DNA from: Raja brachyura | Taxonomy: Eukaryota | Assembly (NCBI GenBank): GCA_963514005.1 | Contig: OY740804.1 | Coordinates: forward strand, 5,208,001-5,272,000 | DNA length: 64,000 nt | Direction of reading: 5' to 3' | Shown: in pieces, positions 25,681 through 40,000 of the stretch | Layout of the letters: the number at the start of each line of letters is the position of its first letter | Numbering within the stretch: the first letter of the stretch is position 1 | Notes under the pieces: model-generated | Told to the model about the DNA's origin: nothing | Databases searched by the model: none | The model's input: the letters and a program-made list of their open reading frames with translations, nothing else | Program-made: the position numbers and the translations under genes

Positions 25681-27087
25681 TTCCCGGGGCAGAAAACGCT
25701 AGTGGGAGTTGTGTACAGGCCACCAAACAGCTGTCGTGGAGTTGGGGGTGGCATCAAACAGGAAATTAGAAATGCGTGCAACAAAGGTAAAACAGTTATA
25801 ATAGGTGACTTCAATCTACATATAGATTGGGTGAATCAAATTGGCAGGGGTGCTGAGGAAGAGGATTTCTTGGAGTGTATGCAGGATAGTTTTCTAAACC
25901 AACATTTAGAGGAACCAACGAGAGAGCTGGCTATTCTAGACTGGGTATTGAGTAATGAGGAAGGGTTAGTTAGCAGTCTTGTTGTGCGTGGCCCCTTGGG
26001 CAAGAGTGACCATTATATGGTTGAGTTCTTCATTAGGATGGAGAGTGACATAATTGATTCAGAAACAAGGGTTCTGAACTTAAAGAAAGGTAACTTTGAG
26101 GGTATGAGATGTGAATTTGCCAAGATAGACTGGCAATTGATTCTTAAAGGGTTGATGATGGATATGCAATAGAAGGCATTTAAAGACTGCATGGATGAAC
26201 TACAAAAATTGTTCATCCCAGTTTGGCAAAAGAATAAATCAGGGAAGGTAGTACATCCGTGGATAACAAGGAAAATCAGGAATAGTATAAAAACAAAAGA
26301 TGATGCATACAAATTAGCCAGAAAAAGCAGCCTACCAGAGGACTTGGAGAAATTCAGATTCCAGCAGAGGAGGACAAAGAGATTAGGGTACACCAGTCAT
26401 TGAAAGTAGGCATGCAGGTGCAACAGGCAGTGAAGAAAGTGAATGGTATGTTAGCATTCATAGCAAAAGCATTTGAGTATAGGAGCAGGGAGGTTCTACT
26501 GCAGTTGTACAGAGTCTTGGTGAGACCACACCTGGAGTATTGCATACAGTTTTGGTCTCCTAATCTGAGGGAAGACATTCTTGCCATAGAGGGGTACAGA
26601 GAAGGTTCACCAGACTGATGCCTGGGATGTCAGGACTTTCATATGAAGAAAGACTGGATAGACTCGGCATGTACTCGCTAGAATTTAGAAGATTGAGGGG
26701 GGATCTTATGGAAACTTACAAAATTCTTAAGGGGTTGGACAGGCTAGATGCAGGAAGATTGTTCCTGATGTTGGGGATGTTCAGAACAAGGGGTCACAGC
26801 TTAAGGATAAGGGGGAAGTCTTGTAGGACCGAGATGAGAAAAACATTTTTCACACAGTGAGTGGTGAATCTCTGGAATTCTCTGCCACAGAAGGTAGTTG
26901 AGGCCAGTTCATTGGCTATATTTAAGAGGGAGATAGATGTGGCCCTTGTGGCTAAGGGGATCAGTGGGTATGGAGAGAAGGCAGGTAAGGGATACTGAGT
27001 TGGATGATCAGCCATGATCATATTGAATGGCGGTGCAGGCTCGAAGGGCCGAATGGCCTACTCCTGCACCTATTTTCTATGTTTCTA
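25681..27087 (+). mobile_element. CR1 LINE, 5'-truncated and internally deleted (junction ~26385)
   Basis: EN part GVVYRPPNS, IGDFN, GKSDH. RT C-terminus LVRPHLEY, RRLRGDL, RTRGHS. ctatgtttcta tail. Empty site present at ~13995. Confidence 0.9.
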
Positions 27088-27284
27088 AATGACCCAGGGT
27101 GACACAGTGGCGCAGCGGTAGAGTCGCTGCCTTACAGCGTCAGAGACCCGGGTTTGATCATGACTACGGGTGCTGTCTGTACGGAGTTTGTATGTTCTGC
27201 TTGTGACAGCGTGGGTTTTATCCGCACAAACTTTCTTACCATAAACCAAAGACGTGTAGTTTTGTAGGTTAATTGGCCTCTGTA

Positions 27285-30200
27285 TTCGTTCGAGACACTT
27301 TCATCTAAGATTAGTAGGAGTACCCGAGGAAGCCGAGGGAGATAACCCTCGGGAGTTTGCTGCGGATCTAATTAAGAAGCTCTCAATCTTCCTAACCTTC
27401 CGAAAATTGAAGCGGCACATCGAGTCCCGCGATTCAAACAAAAATCCCAAACATGTTCAGAATACACACGTCAGATCACTGTGAAATGACGGGACATTTC
27501 TGGCATGGAAGAGGTTATGAGTAATATTAAATATGGAGTGCCACTGAAATATGAGCTGACATCCTTCAAAATATTTAGGGATTATCCCTATGAAGTTGTG
27601 CTGAAATGAAATCAGTTCTTTAAGGTAAAGCAAGCTCTCCAAGGGATGAAGGGAGTCAGATTTGGAGTCTACTATCCCGCGAGAATGCGCATTTTTTTAC
27701 AAGGACCAGCAAAAATAGTTTACAAATCCGGAGAGCACATATAAATATGCCCTAACCATCATGGAAAAGAATGAGTAACTCGAAAAGCTGAACTGTATGG
27801 ATATTCTTTCTCTTTATTATTTCACCATGAAATGTGTTTGCCAGAAGATGGAACTCTCCTTGTGTTTTGACTTGACGGCTTATTGAGGAATGTTAATTCA
27901 AGGACATACTGGGCTCCAAGTGAAGCGGAAAAAGATAAACATTAAAAGGGGTAAGATTTTAGCTCAGCTGAAAGCATATAACATAGATGTTATCTTTCTC
28001 CAAGAAACGCATTTTAAATCAAGATCAAGCTAGATTGAGGGCAAACTGGATAGGCCAAACTTTTCATTCGTCATATTCGACAAAATCCAGAGTCATGTCT
28101 ATCATTATTTGCAAAGGTATACCATTTAAACAGAATAGCAGATAAAGATGGGAGATATTTGATAGTTACCGGTGAGATCCATGCCATCCCAATCACATTG
28201 GTGAATATATATGCGCCTAACTTTGATAATCTGCATTTTAAAAATAAAATTCTGAATATAATCGCAGAAAATAATTACCAGAATGTTATAATGGATGGAG
28301 ACTTTAACTGTGTTTTAGACCCTTACTTAGATAAATCCAGTCAAAAACAGCGAGGTAATACGAAATCTAAAACAAGTGAACTTTTAAACACATATATAAA
28401 AAATACAAATACAACCGATGTTTGGAGGATTGCAAATCCGACCGGCTAGGAATATTCGTTCTATTCATCGGTACATAAGACATATTCACGTACAGATTAT
28501 TTCCTGGTAGACACAAAACTGATTCCGTATACTCTGAATCCAAAATACCATACAAATACGATCTCAGATCATTCTCCCCTAACTTTAAATAGAAGGAATG
28601 TCCAAGAATACATCGTTTTGGAGATACAACCCCCAAATTTACAAAGACCCACAAGGAAGTATATACCTAAGACAGCAAATGGATCTTTTTTTCGAAATAA
28701 ACGATACGCCAGACACATCACCTACATTATTATGGGAATCTTTCAAAGCTTTTATTAGAGGTGTTATAATCTCATACCAAGCGTCTCAGAATAAAAAAAA
28801 TAAGAATGAACCACGGCAGCTAGAGGAACAAATTAGACAATTGGATATAGATAATGTTAAAGACCCGTCCATGGATAAACATAATAAAACATTAATGCAA
28901 AATTTAAATTAAATAAATTATTATCAGAGAAAGTTATAAGATTATTCCAAATCACAAGACAGGAACAGTTTGAATTTGAGGATAAGCCCCATAAACTTCT
29001 CGCACGTCAGTTAAAAAAATGAGAAAAGGAACATACGATTTCAAAGATTAAATCAGATACAGGGGAAGTATTAACATTACTGAATGAAATTAATAAAAGA
29101 TTTGTGCAATGTTATGAGAATTTGTATGCGTCCAAAACGACAACGGACACCAACAAATTTACTGAGTTTCTGGATAATTGCAATCTTCCCAAATTAGAAT
29201 TGCAGGAACAAGAGGAATTGGGAGCACAAATCTCAAATAAGGAAATAGAAGAAACAGTAATCTCATTAAAAAATCGAAAAACACCAGGTCCCGACGGATT
29301 CAGTAATGAATTCTATAAAAGTTTTTACGATATATTTATTCCTCGCCTACAGAAAATGTATACACATGCTTTTAGAGAACAAATATTACCTGATACATTA
29401 GCAGAATCTATGATTACATTAATACTTAATAAAGACAAAGATGAGGAAGAACCTGGATCTTACAGAGCTATCGCGCTGTTAAACACAGATGAAAAATTAT
29501 TAGTAAAAATATTAGCAAGAAGATTAACTAAGTACACCAGCAAATTAATACATCCGGATCAAATGGGGTTTATCCCTAAGAGACAATAATTTAATAATTT
29601 GTGACGTCTGCTTAACATAATGCACTCACACCAAACTAAAGATTCAAATCTCGCAATTATTTCATTGGACGCAGAGAAAGCATTTGATCAGGTTAAATGG
29701 AAGTATATGGTTAAGGTATTGCAAACATTTCAACTGGGAGAGAACTTCATTCAATGGATTAAATTAATATATAATAAGCCAATGGCCAGAATATTAACTA
29801 ATAATATCTTCTCCACGACATTTCAATTGTCAAGGGGTAATAGACAAGGTTGTTCATTATCACCACTGTTATTTGCCCTCATAATTGAACCACTAGCGGA
29901 AATAATTAGAGTTCATCCGAAAATCCACGGATATAATACAAAACACTCAAACAATAAAATATCATTATACGCTGATGATGTACTTTTGTGCATCACAAAG
30001 CCTCATATCACTACACCCAATATTCTAAATTTAATCGAGGACTTCGGTTCATTTTCAGGTTATAGAATAAACTGGAATAAAAGTGAAATCATGTCAATAA
30101 AACCGAATGATTCTACACATCTCGTACAATTTCCTTTTAAAAGAGGTGGGGAAAAATTTAAATACATGGGTATTGAAATCACTAGAAGTTATCAAGACAT

Positions 30201-30958
30201 GCTTAATGCAAACTATAACCCTGTACTTAAAAAACTACAAAATGTAATTAAATTCGGGAAAACGCTTCCGATGTCCTTAATAGGTCGAATAAATGCCATT
30301 AAAATGATTTTTTTACCACAAATTCTATACCTGTTTCAATCAATCCCACTATTCTTACCCAAAAAGTTTTTTTTTAAATTGGACTTAGATATTACAAATT
30401 TTATTTGGGATTATAAATCCCATAGAATACAAAGACCACACCTGAATAAATGCAAAATAGTAGGGGGATTAACACCCCCTAATTTCATGTATTATTATTG
30501 GTCGGTAAATATTAGAAATATGATTCAATTGTTGGTTAACTCTCCTCAACAACCGGAGTGGATCGTTATGGAGAAAGAGGATTGCTCCCCTTTTAATATT
30601 GGTGTGATCCTACTCTCACCAATGACAGTGAATAATACAAATTACAACAAAAATCCAATTATACATAGTACAATCAGAATTTGGAAATAAATAAAATACA
30701 ACTTAAAATTAAGAGACTTATCTCTCCTATCTCCTATTGCTAAAAATCCTCTGTTTAAACCCTCAGTTATAGATAAAGCATTTATACAATGGGAAAGAGC
30801 AGGAATTAAAACTTTGGGAGATTTGTATGAAACGGGAAACCTACTATCATTTAAACATTTACAACTAAAATACAATCTGGGTAACAGTCAGTATTTTAAA
30901 TATTTCCAAATATGTGATTATCTGAAAAAACACGCACAAGAATTTTACAAAATGCCAA
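27285..30958 (+). mobile_element. L1-B, degenerate L1/Tx1 truncated at both ends
   Basis: ORF1 C-terminal remnant, deleted spacer, and ORF2 pieces (GDFN, PGPDG, YADD) with many stops. Ends abruptly at the L1-C start. Confidence 0.9.
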
Positions 30959-31124
30959 GACTTCCGGTGGCGCTATGGAGGGTTAGAGTCCAGTGCCAGC
31001 TAGCTCAATCTAAAAATCGAGAAAAACCGGGATAAAATGGACCTATCTGCTGCTCTGCACCGGCTGCCTGCAACACTGCTTGTAACGAGTGAGTGAGTGA
31101 CATCATCAGGCCTGCGACTCCAGT

Positions 31125-32210
31125 ATGTCCATGCAACATTCCCCCCCAAAACATCTGAAACGACTGGTAAGGCAAAAACCGGCAATGGAAGAACAAGGCC
31201 CGACTGAAGCCTCGGCCTCAGGTACAACATCATCCCAAGAAGATGCCTCGAAAAAACCAAAGTCTAAAAAATCTTCTGAGATAGAAGATCTTAGGATTTT
31301 TCTTGCTCAGGAGATTAAAAATATAGCACTAGCTCAGGAAGAAGAGCTAAAAGAAGAGCTAAAAGAAGAAATGAAGAGAGCAAATGTTAGAGAAGAACTT
31401 CAAAATTTTAAGTTGGAGATGAAGGAAGAAATTAACTCTACAGTCCTTAAATTAATGGAAAAATGGAGGTCGGAAACAGAAGCAAGGCTGAGCCAGCAAA
31501 TTACAGAGATGGATGTGGAGATGGAGGTTAAAATCAGCTCGGTGGAGACTAACTTTAATGCAAGAATGGAGCCTGCCGAGGAAGCATTGAATCAACATGC
31601 TACAGCCATAACAAACCTGGAGGAGATTGCTTCAACAAGCGCTGAAACAACAAAGCAGCTTATCAGAGATAACCAACGCTTATCAGACCTACTGAGCAAA
31701 ATAACTGAAAAATGCACGGAGCTGCAAGGACGTCAAAGGCGTCAGAACCTAAGAATCATGGCTATCCAAGAAGGGAGAGAGGGGGATCGAGACCCCCGTG
31801 AATTTGCAGCAGACTTACTTCAAAAAGCTTTAAACTTGGATTATCAGCCTCTGCTAGCCCGAGCACACAGGGTGATGAGACGTCATCCACGACCGGGTGC
31901 CCCTCCAAGACAAATGATAGTAAAGGTACAATATGACCATGTACTGGAGGAGATGATGAAGAAAGTTGTCCGTACCAGGAATCTTATGTATGAGGGAGAT
32001 AAAATCAGTATCTACCGAGATTACCCTGTGGAAGTCTCCAGGAAGAGAACGCAGTTTAAAGAAGCAAAGAATATGCTAAAGGAGGTGAAAGGATTGAGGT
32101 ATGGTCTGATGTACCCGGCTACACTAAGAGTTAACTACGATGATAAAGAACACTTCTTCACCAAGCCGGCAGAAGCACTGGAGTTTGCTCAGAAGATCAA
32201 GCCTGCCTGA
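31125..32210 (+). CDS. L1-C ORF1p
   Basis: Motifs ELQGRQRRQNLRI, RAHR, IYRDYP, MYPATLRV. Confidence 0.9.
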   Translation: MSMQHSPPKHLKRLVRQKPAMEEQGPTEASASGTTSSQEDASKKPKSKKSSEIEDLRIFLAQEIKNIALAQEEELKEELKEEMKRANVREELQNFKLEMKEEINSTVLKLMEKWRSETEARLSQQITEMDVEMEVKISSVETNFNARMEPAEEALNQHATAITNLEEIASTSAETTKQLIRDNQRLSDLLSKITEKCTELQGRQRRQNLRIMAIQEGREGDRDPREFAADLLQKALNLDYQPLLARAHRVMRRHPRPGAPPRQMIVKVQYDHVLEEMMKKVVRTRNLMYEGDKISIYRDYPVEVSRKRTQFKEAKNMLKEVKGLRYGLMYPATLRVNYDDKEHFFTKPAEALEFAQKIKPA

Positions 32211-35200
32211 TAACTGAACATTATCTTCAAAATAAATGATGTCAACGAACAATGTAACTGTGTAAGGCCCGGTTATACCTAAGGACAATCGAAACTGGAG
32301 ATGGATGCTGAATAAGGCCTTTTCTATGGACGTGTTACATCTATGGCTATTATTATAATATTATCAACATAATTAATAAATATTGACATTAATGCGCGTA
32401 CTATTAATAATTATTACTAATGGTCACTAATTACTCACAATCGATTTAGAATTAACTAAACGGTTGTATTTAAATTTTGATTTCACTTTTCTTCACTTTC
32501 ATTCCCTTTATTTTTCTTTGGGAATTTTTTTTTTTTTAATTTTTAATATATAATTTGACTAATGGAATCTGAATATTTTGTAACCTATAATGTTTATTAC
32601 CCTCCTGGTATAATATTGCTATGGAAATGTTATTTTAGGAGAGTATGGAGCTAGTTATGTTTTTTTTACATCGGCTACGGAAGTCGGTAGATGGTTAACC
32701 ATGCTAGTATGGCTATCACTAACTACACTACTAATAGATGTAGTTTTTTCTTTCTTTTTGCACATTACTAACCTCTCAATCTATCCTTTTTTTAAAATAT
32801 AATACTTTATTATAATTTTAAGTTAGAATGGAATTATGAGCTTTATCAAAGGAGATATATACGGAAGAAATATCAATGGGATTTAGAATTCATCTATTCG
32901 AGGTTCGGGAGTAAGGTGGGGCTTGTCGAGCTGAACCATCTGCTCTCTTATAGACCTCCCTAAACAAAAGATGCAAGACTTAAATATGAAGACCGGGGGT
33001 GAAGGTATAACATTTTGTAGCTGGAATGTTAAGGGTATTAACGAACCAATTAAGAGAGGTAAAGTATTAGCATATTTAAAAGCACTTAAAACAGATGTAA
33101 TTTTTCTCCAAGAGATCCACCTAAAAAAAGATGCAGAACATAGATTGAAAGCTAAATGGATTGATAAAGCGTATCACTCTTCATTTACACATAAATCCAG
33201 AGGCTTTGCAATACTAATCCGTAAAGGGATACCTTTTAAACATATATCAACTATAACGGACAGTGATGGTAGATATATTATACTACGAGGTGAACGATAT
33301 GCACAAAAATTGACTCTTATTAATGTTTATGGACCGAATTTTGATAGCCCTTTGTTTTTTAAGAAAATATTCAATACAATTCCAGATTTATCACAACATA
33401 ATTTAATAATTGGAGGAGACTTAAATTGTACATTAGATCCCTATTTAGATAGGTCATCAAGACAACGGAAAACAAAATCCCACTCCAGTGATTTATTAAA
33501 CGCATATATAGATACTAGTAATATCAAAGATTTTGGAGAATAGAAAATCCAACTGGACGAGAATATCCATTTTAGTCACCGGTACATAAAACATATTCAA
33601 GAATAGATAATTTTTTGGTGGACTCTAAGCTAATTCCATTTACATATAATTCAAAATACCATAATATTATAATTTTGGATCATGCCCCATTAACATTTAT
33701 GATTAAAATAAATGGAAGGATGGAGAAACAGGTACAATGGAGACTTAACCCACAAATTTTAAAGGAGAAAGCATCTCAGGAATATCTTACCAAACAGATT
33801 AATATGTTCTTTGAAATAAACGATAGTCCTGAAACGTCTCCCTCCTTACTATGGGAAACATTTAAAGCATTTACATGGGGAGCCGTGATTTCTTCCCAAG
33901 CATTTTATAATAAAAAGAATCAGGTGATGAAACAGGCATTGGAAAGGGAAATTAAACAATTAGACATAGAGAATGCGACGACACCAACTATGATAAAACA
34001 CAATAAAATTGAAGTTTTGAAATATAAATTAAATAAAATATATTAAGATCAAGTTGTTAAATTTTATCAATATACTAAACAATTACATTTTGAATTCAGA
34101 GATAAACCTCAAAAACTATTTGCGCGTCAATTACGGAAATTAGACGGGGTAAAAACAATTCATAGGATTAAATCAGACAAAGGAGAACCATTAGTACAAT
34201 CTAAGGACATTAACAAGAGATTTTTACAATACTATCAAAATCTTTATTCTGCTAAAACTACAGACCACCAGATAGGAATAGAAGCATTTTTACAAAAATG
34301 CAATCTTAAAGGGTTAGATTTGAAAGATAGAGAATTATTAGACGCTGAAATAACAGTAAAAGAAATTGAAGAGTCTATCAGATCACTAAAAAATGGTAAA
34401 TCCCCGGGACCAGATGGCATTGGCTCGGAATTTTATAAAACATTCTACGATCTGATTGTTCCACATTTAAAGAAACTGTACGAACATATCTATACCCAAC
34501 AAAAATTACCAGAAACGCTAAATAAATCTATTATAGCACTTATACCAAAAATAGATAAGGATCTGGATGATCCAGGATCATATAGAGCTATAGCTCTTTT
34601 AAATACTGATCAGAAAATATTAACTAAAATCCTAGCACAAAGATTAAGTATAGTGATTAATAAATTAATACACCCGGATTAAACAGGATTTATACCAAAA
34701 AGGTATTCTTCAGATAACCTGAGACGATTATTCAATATTATATACTGAAAAAGAAAAATTATCAAAGACCTAGCAATTATTTCGTTAGATGCTGAGAAAG
34801 CTTTTGACCAGGTGGAATGGCCCTATTTATTTTCGGTTATGAAAATTTTTCAACTGGGCGAGAAGTTTAGTACATGGATAAAACTTCTATATACTAATCC
34901 AACAGCTAGAATATCAACAAATCAAATGTTATCAACTAAATTTAATTTATCCAGAGGTTGTAGACAAGGATGTCCATTATCGCCGTTATTATTTGCACTT
35001 GTAATAGAACCATTAGCAGAAAGCGTGAGGTCCAATCCTGAAATATATGGGTATAAAACCAAAGATACTGAAAATAAAATCTCATTATACGCAGATGATG
35101 TATTAGTTTACATTACTAAACCTGAAGTTAGTATCCCAAATTTACTAAATTTAATAACTCAATATGGCTCGTTTTCAGGATACAGAATTAATTGGAATAA

Positions 35201-35363
35201 AAGCGAAATCATGACTTCCGGTTGGCGTCATGCTGTGAGTGGAGCCGCGCCATTACAGCTCCGCAAAAAACTGAATTTAAAACGGGGGTAAAAGGGTCAA
35301 ACAAACAAACTCACCACAGGAGATTGATTGCACACGGCTCCGGCAGCGTTTGAAAAAGAAGAA

Positions 35364-36449
35364 ATGTCGACCCAGCGCTCCCCTCCCCCCACTTCAAAAA
35401 AACCGCAGAGAAGGGAACCAGGCCTGAGTGCTGCTGCTGCTGCTGCTGCCACTGCCTCTTCCTCTCAAGAAGAAATTTCACAGAGGAGAGCTGAAATGGA
35501 AGATATCAAGACTTCTATCCTAGGTGAGATAAAGATCCTTAGGAAGGAGTATAAGGCTGATTTAAAAAGTATAAAATCAGACATGCAGTCACTTCATGAG
35601 AAATTTGATGTCGACTTAAAGGAAGTTGTATCCTCGGTGAGAAGTATGGTGGAGGAGTGGAAAGATAAGGCTGATGCTGCGTTGCGAGCCCAAATCTTGG
35701 AGGTAAAGGATATAGCTGCTGGGGTGGAAAGAAAGTTGGATGACAAGATAGATCCTATTCTAATTTCGATAGACCAACAAGGCGAAACAATTAAAGAGCT
35801 TACTAAGATTGCTGAATATAATACTAAGGAGAATGAAAATCTCCGAGCCGAGAACAAACGCCTCTCAGAATTAATACATAAAATAAATGAGAAATGTATT
35901 GATCTGGAGGGTCGCCAACGTCGTAAAAATTTGAGAATAGTTGGTCTGAAAGAAGGTCGTGAGGGGAATCAGGATCCCCGAAAATTTGTTGCTAAACTTT
36001 TAAAGGATGTTCTGAATCTGGATGAAGAACCTATACTGGGCCGTGCGCATAGGGCTCTAAGACGAGTTCCTAGGAGCGGTTTGCCCCCCAGACAAATGAT
36101 TGTCAAAGTGGCCTTTGATCATGTCTTTGAAGAAATGATGAAGATAATAATAAAAAAGAGAAATCTGAAATTTGATGGAGACAACATCAGTATTTTCAGA
36201 GATTACCCAGCAGAAGTGGCTAAGAGAAGAGCACAATTTACAGAAACAAGAAGTATCCTGAGGAGTCTAAAGGATACTAAGGATCTGAGATATGGTTTGA
36301 TGTACCCAGCAACACTGAGAGTAACCTATGATGGTAAAGAACAACGTTTTGTTAAGCATACTGAAGCATTGAAATTCGCCCGAGGCATACAGCAGAAGTT
36401 GGAAGACGACGAGAGAGAAGACGGGGAGGAAGAAACCGGAAACGACTGA
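35364..36449 (+). CDS. L1-D ORF1p
   Basis: Motifs DLEGRQRRKNLRIVGLKEG, RAHR, IFRDYP, MYPATLRVTY. First ATG at 35364. Confidence 0.9.
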   Translation: MSTQRSPPPTSKKPQRREPGLSAAAAAAATASSSQEEISQRRAEMEDIKTSILGEIKILRKEYKADLKSIKSDMQSLHEKFDVDLKEVVSSVRSMVEEWKDKADAALRAQILEVKDIAAGVERKLDDKIDPILISIDQQGETIKELTKIAEYNTKENENLRAENKRLSELIHKINEKCIDLEGRQRRKNLRIVGLKEGREGNQDPRKFVAKLLKDVLNLDEEPILGRAHRALRRVPRSGLPPRQMIVKVAFDHVFEEMMKIIIKKRNLKFDGDNISIFRDYPAEVAKRRAQFTETRSILRSLKDTKDLRYGLMYPATLRVTYDGKEQRFVKHTEALKFARGIQQKLEDDEREDGEEETGND

Positions 36450-37059
36450 GAGGACTGAACTTTTATCACCGACCTGTGAATATGGAAATATTCATTCAGA
36501 AGGATGTGGAATAATGAGCATATAGTTGTAATTCTGTATTAATTAGTAGAAAAATATTAATTATTCCATGATAATAGTATTACATATTACAGTATTAAAT
36601 ATAATCGATATTAGTAATTAGTTATTAATAATATGTAATAATAGAAATAATTGATAAGTATATAAAGTTAGTACCCTATACCAACTTATATAGTATTGGG
36701 ATAGGAGCTGATATCATTAACATCTTTAAGTACGGAAGTCGTTAGATTAATGGCCATGTTAGTGTGGCTTTCACCTTCACATACTACACACTATACAAGT
36801 GTAGTTTCCTTTTTTTCCGAGCACCCTTCTAACACCCTTTACTTTTTTTTCATTGATATTCTTTATTGTTTTTGTTTTTCTCTGACCTTATATTACATAT
36901 TATTTGAATATAGATTTGTATGCTATAGTATATTCAGTTTAAAAAGACATCGATACGGATTAATGTGGATAGAAATTCTCATTGGATTGAAGCTCGGGTG
37001 CAACGGGGAGCTGAGGGAGCCAAGAAGGCTACTCCAAAAAAAGCCCCCTTAATAGTAAA

Positions 37060-40000
37060 ATGCAGGATATGAAGGTGAAGATTGGGGGTGATGGAGTAAC
37101 CTTCTGCAGTTGGAATGTAAAAGGAATTAATGAACCAATTAAAAGGGGAAAAGTCTTAGCTCAATTGAACAAATTGAAGGCAGATGTCATTTTTCTCCAA
37201 GAGACGCATCTTAGAAAAGATGCTCAACACAGATTAACAGTTAAATGGATTTCTAAGGTGTATCATTCTACATTTATACATAAATCTAGAGGAGTTGCAA
37301 TAATTATTCGCAAAGGCACACCCTTTATACAAAGTTCTATTATAGATAAAGAAGGTAGATATGTAATAATTACAGGTGAATTCCACTCAAAAAAGGTAAT
37401 TTTAATGAATATATACGCTCCTAATTTTGATAACCCATTATTTTTTAAGAAAATATTTAATAATATTCCCATATGTACTCAACATAATTTAATAATTGGA
37501 GGTGATTTAAATTGTACCCTAGATAATTATCTAGACAGATCATCAACAAAAAGGAAAGCCGTCTCGAAATCAAGTAATCTTATAAATACTTTCATTAACA
37601 CATCTAATATTAAAGATATTTGGAGGATAGATAATCCATCCGGACGAGAATATTCTTTTTTCTCGCTCGTACATGGAACCTATTCGAGGATAGATTATTT
37701 TTTAATAGATTCTAAATTACTTCCTTTTGCGTATGATGCAAAATATCATAACATTATTATTTCAGATCACGCGCCATTAACATTTAAGATAAAATTAAAA
37801 GATATTTCTAACAAAACTACTACTTGGAGATTTAATCCTCAGATATTAAAGGACAATGATTGTTGCAATCATGTATTGGATCAGATTAAATTATTTTTTG
37901 ATACTAATGATAATTCTGAAACCTCCCCATCATTGCTATGGGACACATTTAAGGCATACACGCGTGGCGCAATAATATCTGCACAAGCTCATTTTAATAA
38001 AGAAAATCGAAAGATAGAACAAAATTTAGAAAATGAGATAAAACGTTTAGATAGTGAAAATATAAAACATCCTTCCAAAGAGTTAAGTAATAAAATTGCA
38101 TCAGTAAAATATAAATTAAATAAAATATATTCTAACCAAGTTATTAAACTTTTTCAACAAACAAAACAAGTGCATTTTGAATTTGGAGACAAACCACAAA
38201 AACTATTAGCACGACAGCTTAGAAGATTAGAAGAGGAAAAGACGATACATGGAATTAGATCTGAGTATGGAAATATATTGACTACTCCGAAAGATATTAA
38301 TGATAGATTTCTACAATACTATAAAAATCTTTATTCGTCAAAATTAACAGGACAAACAGACAGTATGGAAATATTTTTAAAAGAATGTCAAATTAATAGT
38401 TTAGACCAGGAAGGTAGAGAATTGTTAAATGCTGAAATAACAGTAAAGGATATTGTAGAGTCGATTAGTTCGTTGAAGAATGGAAAAGCTGCGGGTCCTG
38501 ATGGCTTAAGTGCTGAATTTTATTAAAAAATGTCAGGATTTGATCTCACCAAGACTACAGACAATGTATAGATATGCTTATGATCAAGGTAAATTACCAG
38601 AATCATTAAATGAATCTACAATTACACTTATCCCTAAAGCAGATAAGGATTTGGAAGATCCAGGATCATATAGAGCGATTGCCCTTTTAAATACAGACCA
38701 AAAAATATTAACTAAGATTTTATCTAGGAGATTAAGTATAGTGATTTCTAGATTAATACATTATGACCAAACAGGTTTTATCTCAAAGCGTTACTCATCC
38801 CATAATCTCAGACGCTTATTTAATATTATATATTCAAAAAGAATACGAGATATGGAATTAGCGGTTATATCACTAGATGCAGAAAAAGCGTTTGATCAGG
38901 TGGAATGGTTGTATTTATTTAATATAATGGAAAAATTTCAATTGGGTGATATTTTTTGTAAATGGGTAAGAATTTTATACTCGAATCCTACCGCTAGAAT
39001 TTTGACTAATCAAATTCTATCATCTAAATTCAAACTCTCTAGGGGATGTAGACAAGGATGTCCGTTGTCGCCCTTACTGTTCGCATTGGTAATAGAACCT
39101 ATGGCGGAAAAAATAAGATCTGAACCTGAAATATATGGTTACACAACTGACACAACAATTAACAAAATCTCTCTATACGCAGATGACGTTTTGATTTATA
39201 TTACAAAACCGGAAATTAGTATTCCTAACTTACTAAATGTTATAACTAAGTTTGGTGCATTTTCCGGATATAGGATCAATTGGAATAAAAGTGAGATTAT
39301 GCCAATAACAGGTATAAATTTAAATACATTACAACAATACCCATTAAAGATAGTTACAGATAAATTTAAATATTTAGGGATTAATGTAACATTAACTCAT
39401 AACTCATTAATAAAATCCAACTATCCTCAACTATTAGATAAACTTAGAAAGAATATTTCATATTGGAAAACACTTCCTATATCTATGATTGGTAGAATAA
39501 GTGCTATAAAGATGGTGTTTTTACCACAATTGTTATATTTGTTCCAGGCAAATTTTCTTACCAAAAACTTTTTTAAAAAAAATTGATAATATTGTTAATA
39601 GTTTTATTTGGGATTATAAAAACCATAGAATAAGTAAAAAACATCTATGTAAATCTAAGATAAACGGAGGTCTAGCACTCCCAAATTTTCTATATTATTT
39701 TTGGGCTGTTCAGATTAAAAATATGAATTACTGGTGGGTAAATACGGACCATGCACCAACATGGTTAAATATAGAAAAGGAAAATTGCCTTCCTTTTAAC
39801 GTAGGTTCGATAATTTTCGCACCAATAGAAGTACAAAAAAAAATCTATAAGGACAACATAATAATATATAATAATAGACGTATTTGGCAACAAATTGTTA
39901 AGACTTTACATTTAGATAATCTCTCATTTAGATTACCAATTAGGAATAACCCATCGTTTAGGGCTCCCATGTTGGATGGGGGGTTTAGACAATGGGATGA

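Larger units (their letters stand above)
9280..27285 (-). repeat. Minus-strand tandem segmental array, ~11.6-11.9 kb period, inverted relative to the right arm
   Basis: Leaders at 24205 and 12308, tails at 24890 and 13283. ~10130-11750 is the reverse complement of ~43200-44830. Confidence 0.92.
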
